A stretch of 62,359 nt of DNA, counting the filler. It is 3 parts of 3 records of this genome, joined end to end, with 100 filler letters (N's around TTAATTAATTAA, not from the genome) between each part and the next. Parts side by side here need not be neighbours in the genome. Positions count along the whole stretch, not along the records: positions 57,084 to 62,359 come from SRR20825006_1482; 2 more parts are not named here. One strand, given 5' to 3'. The notes under the pieces were generated by a model, which did no database searches, was not told where the DNA came from, and worked only from the letters and a program-made list of their open reading frames with translations. The position numbers and the translations under genes are program-made. Positions 60,518 through 62,359 of the stretch are shown here, one piece after another (positions within the stretch are counted from its first letter, which is position 1; every line of letters begins with the position of its first letter).

Positions 60518-62035
60518 ATGCTCGATGCCGCATGGGCCGGTCTCGTCGCTCTCGGGACGCCGACTGTGGTGCTCTTCACAGTGGTCGGTATCGTCTACGG
60601 AATTGTCATCGGCCTGCTGCCGGGCTTGGGCGGCATCGTGGCCATGGCGCTGCTCCTTCCCTTCACCTGGGGAATGGATTTCGCGGCGGCCATGTCGCTG
60701 CTGATCGGCGCGCACATCGCCACGATCTGGGGCTCGTCGGCCACCAGCATCCTGTTCCGGGTGCCCGGCGCCGCCAAGAGCGTCGCCCTCATCTTCGACG
60801 GTTACCCGATGACCCAGCGCGGCGAAGCCAGCCGCGCACTCGGCGCCTCCGCCATGGCCGCCCTGCTGGGCGGCGTCTTTGGCGCGGTGTTCCTGGCCAT
60901 CTCAATTCCCATCACCCGGCCGGTGATGATGGCGCTCGGCCCGGCCGAGTACCTGATGCTGGCGCTCTGGGGCCTCACCATCATCGCCACCTTCTCCGAG
61001 GGCTCGCTGCTCAAGGGCATGACCGCCGCCTGCCTGGGGGTGCTCACCGCCTTCATCGGCATGGACGTCGTCACCGCCACCCCGCGCTTCACCTTCGGCA
61101 GCATCTCGCTGATGGACGGGATCTCGTTCCCGGTCGCCATGATCGGCCTGTTCGCGATCTCCGAAATGATGAAGCTGATGATCAAGGGCGGCGCGCTGAT
61201 CGAGCGGACCGTCACGGAGGAAAACAGCAGCGTCTGGCAGGGCGTCGGTGACGCCTGCCGGCACTGGGGGCTGGTCATCCGCTCCAGCCTGCTCGGCCTG
61301 TGGATCGGCGTGCTGCCGGGCATCGGTCAGTCCGTCGGCTCGATCGCCACCTACGCCCAGGCGCTCAGGACCTCCAAGCATCCCGAGACCTTCGGCAAGG
61401 GCAACGTGGAGGGCGTCATCGCGCCGGACGCGTCGCTCGGCGCCAACGAGGGCGGCGGCCTGCTGCCGACGCTGGCGCTCGGCATTCCCGGCGGCGAGGG
61501 CATGGCGATCCTGCTGATCGCCTTCGTCGGCCTCGGCGTCGTGCCGGGCCCGCAGATGCTCACCCACAACCTCGACCTCGTCTACACGCTGGTCTGGATC
61601 GTCGCCATCGCCAGCATCGTGACCGGCATCTTCGCCATCGTGCTGACGCCGCTGCTGGCGCGGGTGCCGACCCTCAACCCCAACGTCATCATCCCGCTGG
61701 TGCTGGCGGTGTGCGTGATCGGCGCCTACTCCGACCGCCGCGAGGTCTCCGACGTGATCGTGGCCGGCGTGTTCGGCATCATCGGCTACGTGATGGACAA
61801 GTACCGCTACTCCCGGGCGAACTTCGTCATCGGGATGGTTCTGGCCCTGCTGATCGAGCGCAACCTGCACATCTCGGTCGCGCTCTACGGCGACTGGTTC
61901 ATCTTCCAGCGCCCGGTCGCCTTCGGAATGCTCATCCTGATCATCCTGACGACCGCCCTGCCATTCTACAAGAACTGGAAGCGCGACAAGGAACTTAAGA
62001 AGATCGCGCACGCTGACGGGGGGAGCACGTCATGA
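60518..62035 (+). CDS. tctA: Tripartite tricarboxylate transporter large permease TctA
   Basis: GLLPGLG, SILFRVPG, DGYPM...G, G.LPGIG, FGKG..EGVIAP, PTLALGIPG, PGP; GGAGG RBS. Confidence 0.92.
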   Translation: MLDAAWAGLVALGTPTVVLFTVVGIVYGIVIGLLPGLGGIVAMALLLPFTWGMDFAAAMSLLIGAHIATIWGSSATSILFRVPGAAKSVALIFDGYPMTQRGEASRALGASAMAALLGGVFGAVFLAISIPITRPVMMALGPAEYLMLALWGLTIIATFSEGSLLKGMTAACLGVLTAFIGMDVVTATPRFTFGSISLMDGISFPVAMIGLFAISEMMKLMIKGGALIERTVTEENSSVWQGVGDACRHWGLVIRSSLLGLWIGVLPGIGQSVGSIATYAQALRTSKHPETFGKGNVEGVIAPDASLGANEGGGLLPTLALGIPGGEGMAILLIAFVGLGVVPGPQMLTHNLDLVYTLVWIVAIASIVTGIFAIVLTPLLARVPTLNPNVIIPLVLAVCVIGAYSDRREVSDVIVAGVFGIIGYVMDKYRYSRANFVIGMVLALLIERNLHISVALYGDWFIFQRPVAFGMLILIILTTALPFYKNWKRDKELKKIAHADGGSTS

Positions 62036-62359
62036 GCCGCCGCACCCAGGAAAACATCGTCGCCGGGCTGATCCTGCTGCTGTTCATCGGCGTCCTGCTG
62101 GAGACGATGAACTACGGCGCCCGCGCCAGCATGGTGCCGAACATAATCGCCGGCATCGGGGCCGTGCTGATGGCCGCCCAGCTGATCCTGCAGAACGTGC
62201 GCTCCGAGGCCTCCATGCAGGTCGACCTGATGGAGCTGATCTCGCGGCGGGCGACCGGCGACGAGGACGGCCTGCCGGAGCACCTGCGGACCGACCTGGC
62301 GGAAGCCAAGCGCAAGCAGCAGGCCACGCCCGAGCAGACCCGCGGCCCCCGGCCAGGCA
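62032..62359 (+). CDS. tctB: TctB-like small permease (3' truncated, absent from the ORF track)
   Basis: ATGA overlap with tctA; MSRRTQENIVAGLILLLFIGVLL...MVPNIIAGIGAVLMAAQLIL has two TM helices and runs off the window. Confidence 0.7.
   Translation, partial: MSRRTQENIVAGLILLLFIGVLLETMNYGARASMVPNIIAGIGAVLMAAQLILQNVRSEASMQVDLMELISRRATGDEDGLPEHLRTDLAEAKRKQQATPEQTRGPRPG

Overview
The window is three unrelated contigs joined by two 100-bp artificial spacers (N44-TTAATTAATTAA-N44 at 31015-31114 and 56984-57083), so nothing should be inferred across the joins. Taxon calls below are inferred from composition and gene style. Contig 1 (1-31014) looks like a planctomycete (Rhodopirellula-like). It opens with small co-oriented accessory genes separated by decayed attC-like palindromes, one encoding an apparently circularly permuted acyl carrier protein. 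Housekeeping genes follow (PQQ-propeller, ftsH, rsgA, PmtA-like methyltransferase, glnD/P-II, PduO, Nudix, cytochrome c, ClC-CBS, OxyR-like LysR). Next is a tightly coupled minus-strand operon joining an orphan PTS Enzyme I to two GH130s, two GT4s and a GH13, then a secreted squalene-hopene-cyclase-like protein. Contig 2 (31115-56983) is a gammaproteobacterial (Marinobacter-like) Wzx/Wzy polysaccharide locus. It has a legionaminic acid pathway plus an ela-type (8-epi) module, fnlABC and an apparently frameshifted wzy. Contig 3 (57084-62359) is a high-GC alphaproteobacterial-like fragment with divergent znuA/znuCB, a Zur box and tctA-tctB. The best candidates for undescribed biology are the Enzyme I-GH130-GT4 operon, the permuted ACP and the degenerate cassette array. 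All calls rest on motif recognition by eye; no searches were run.
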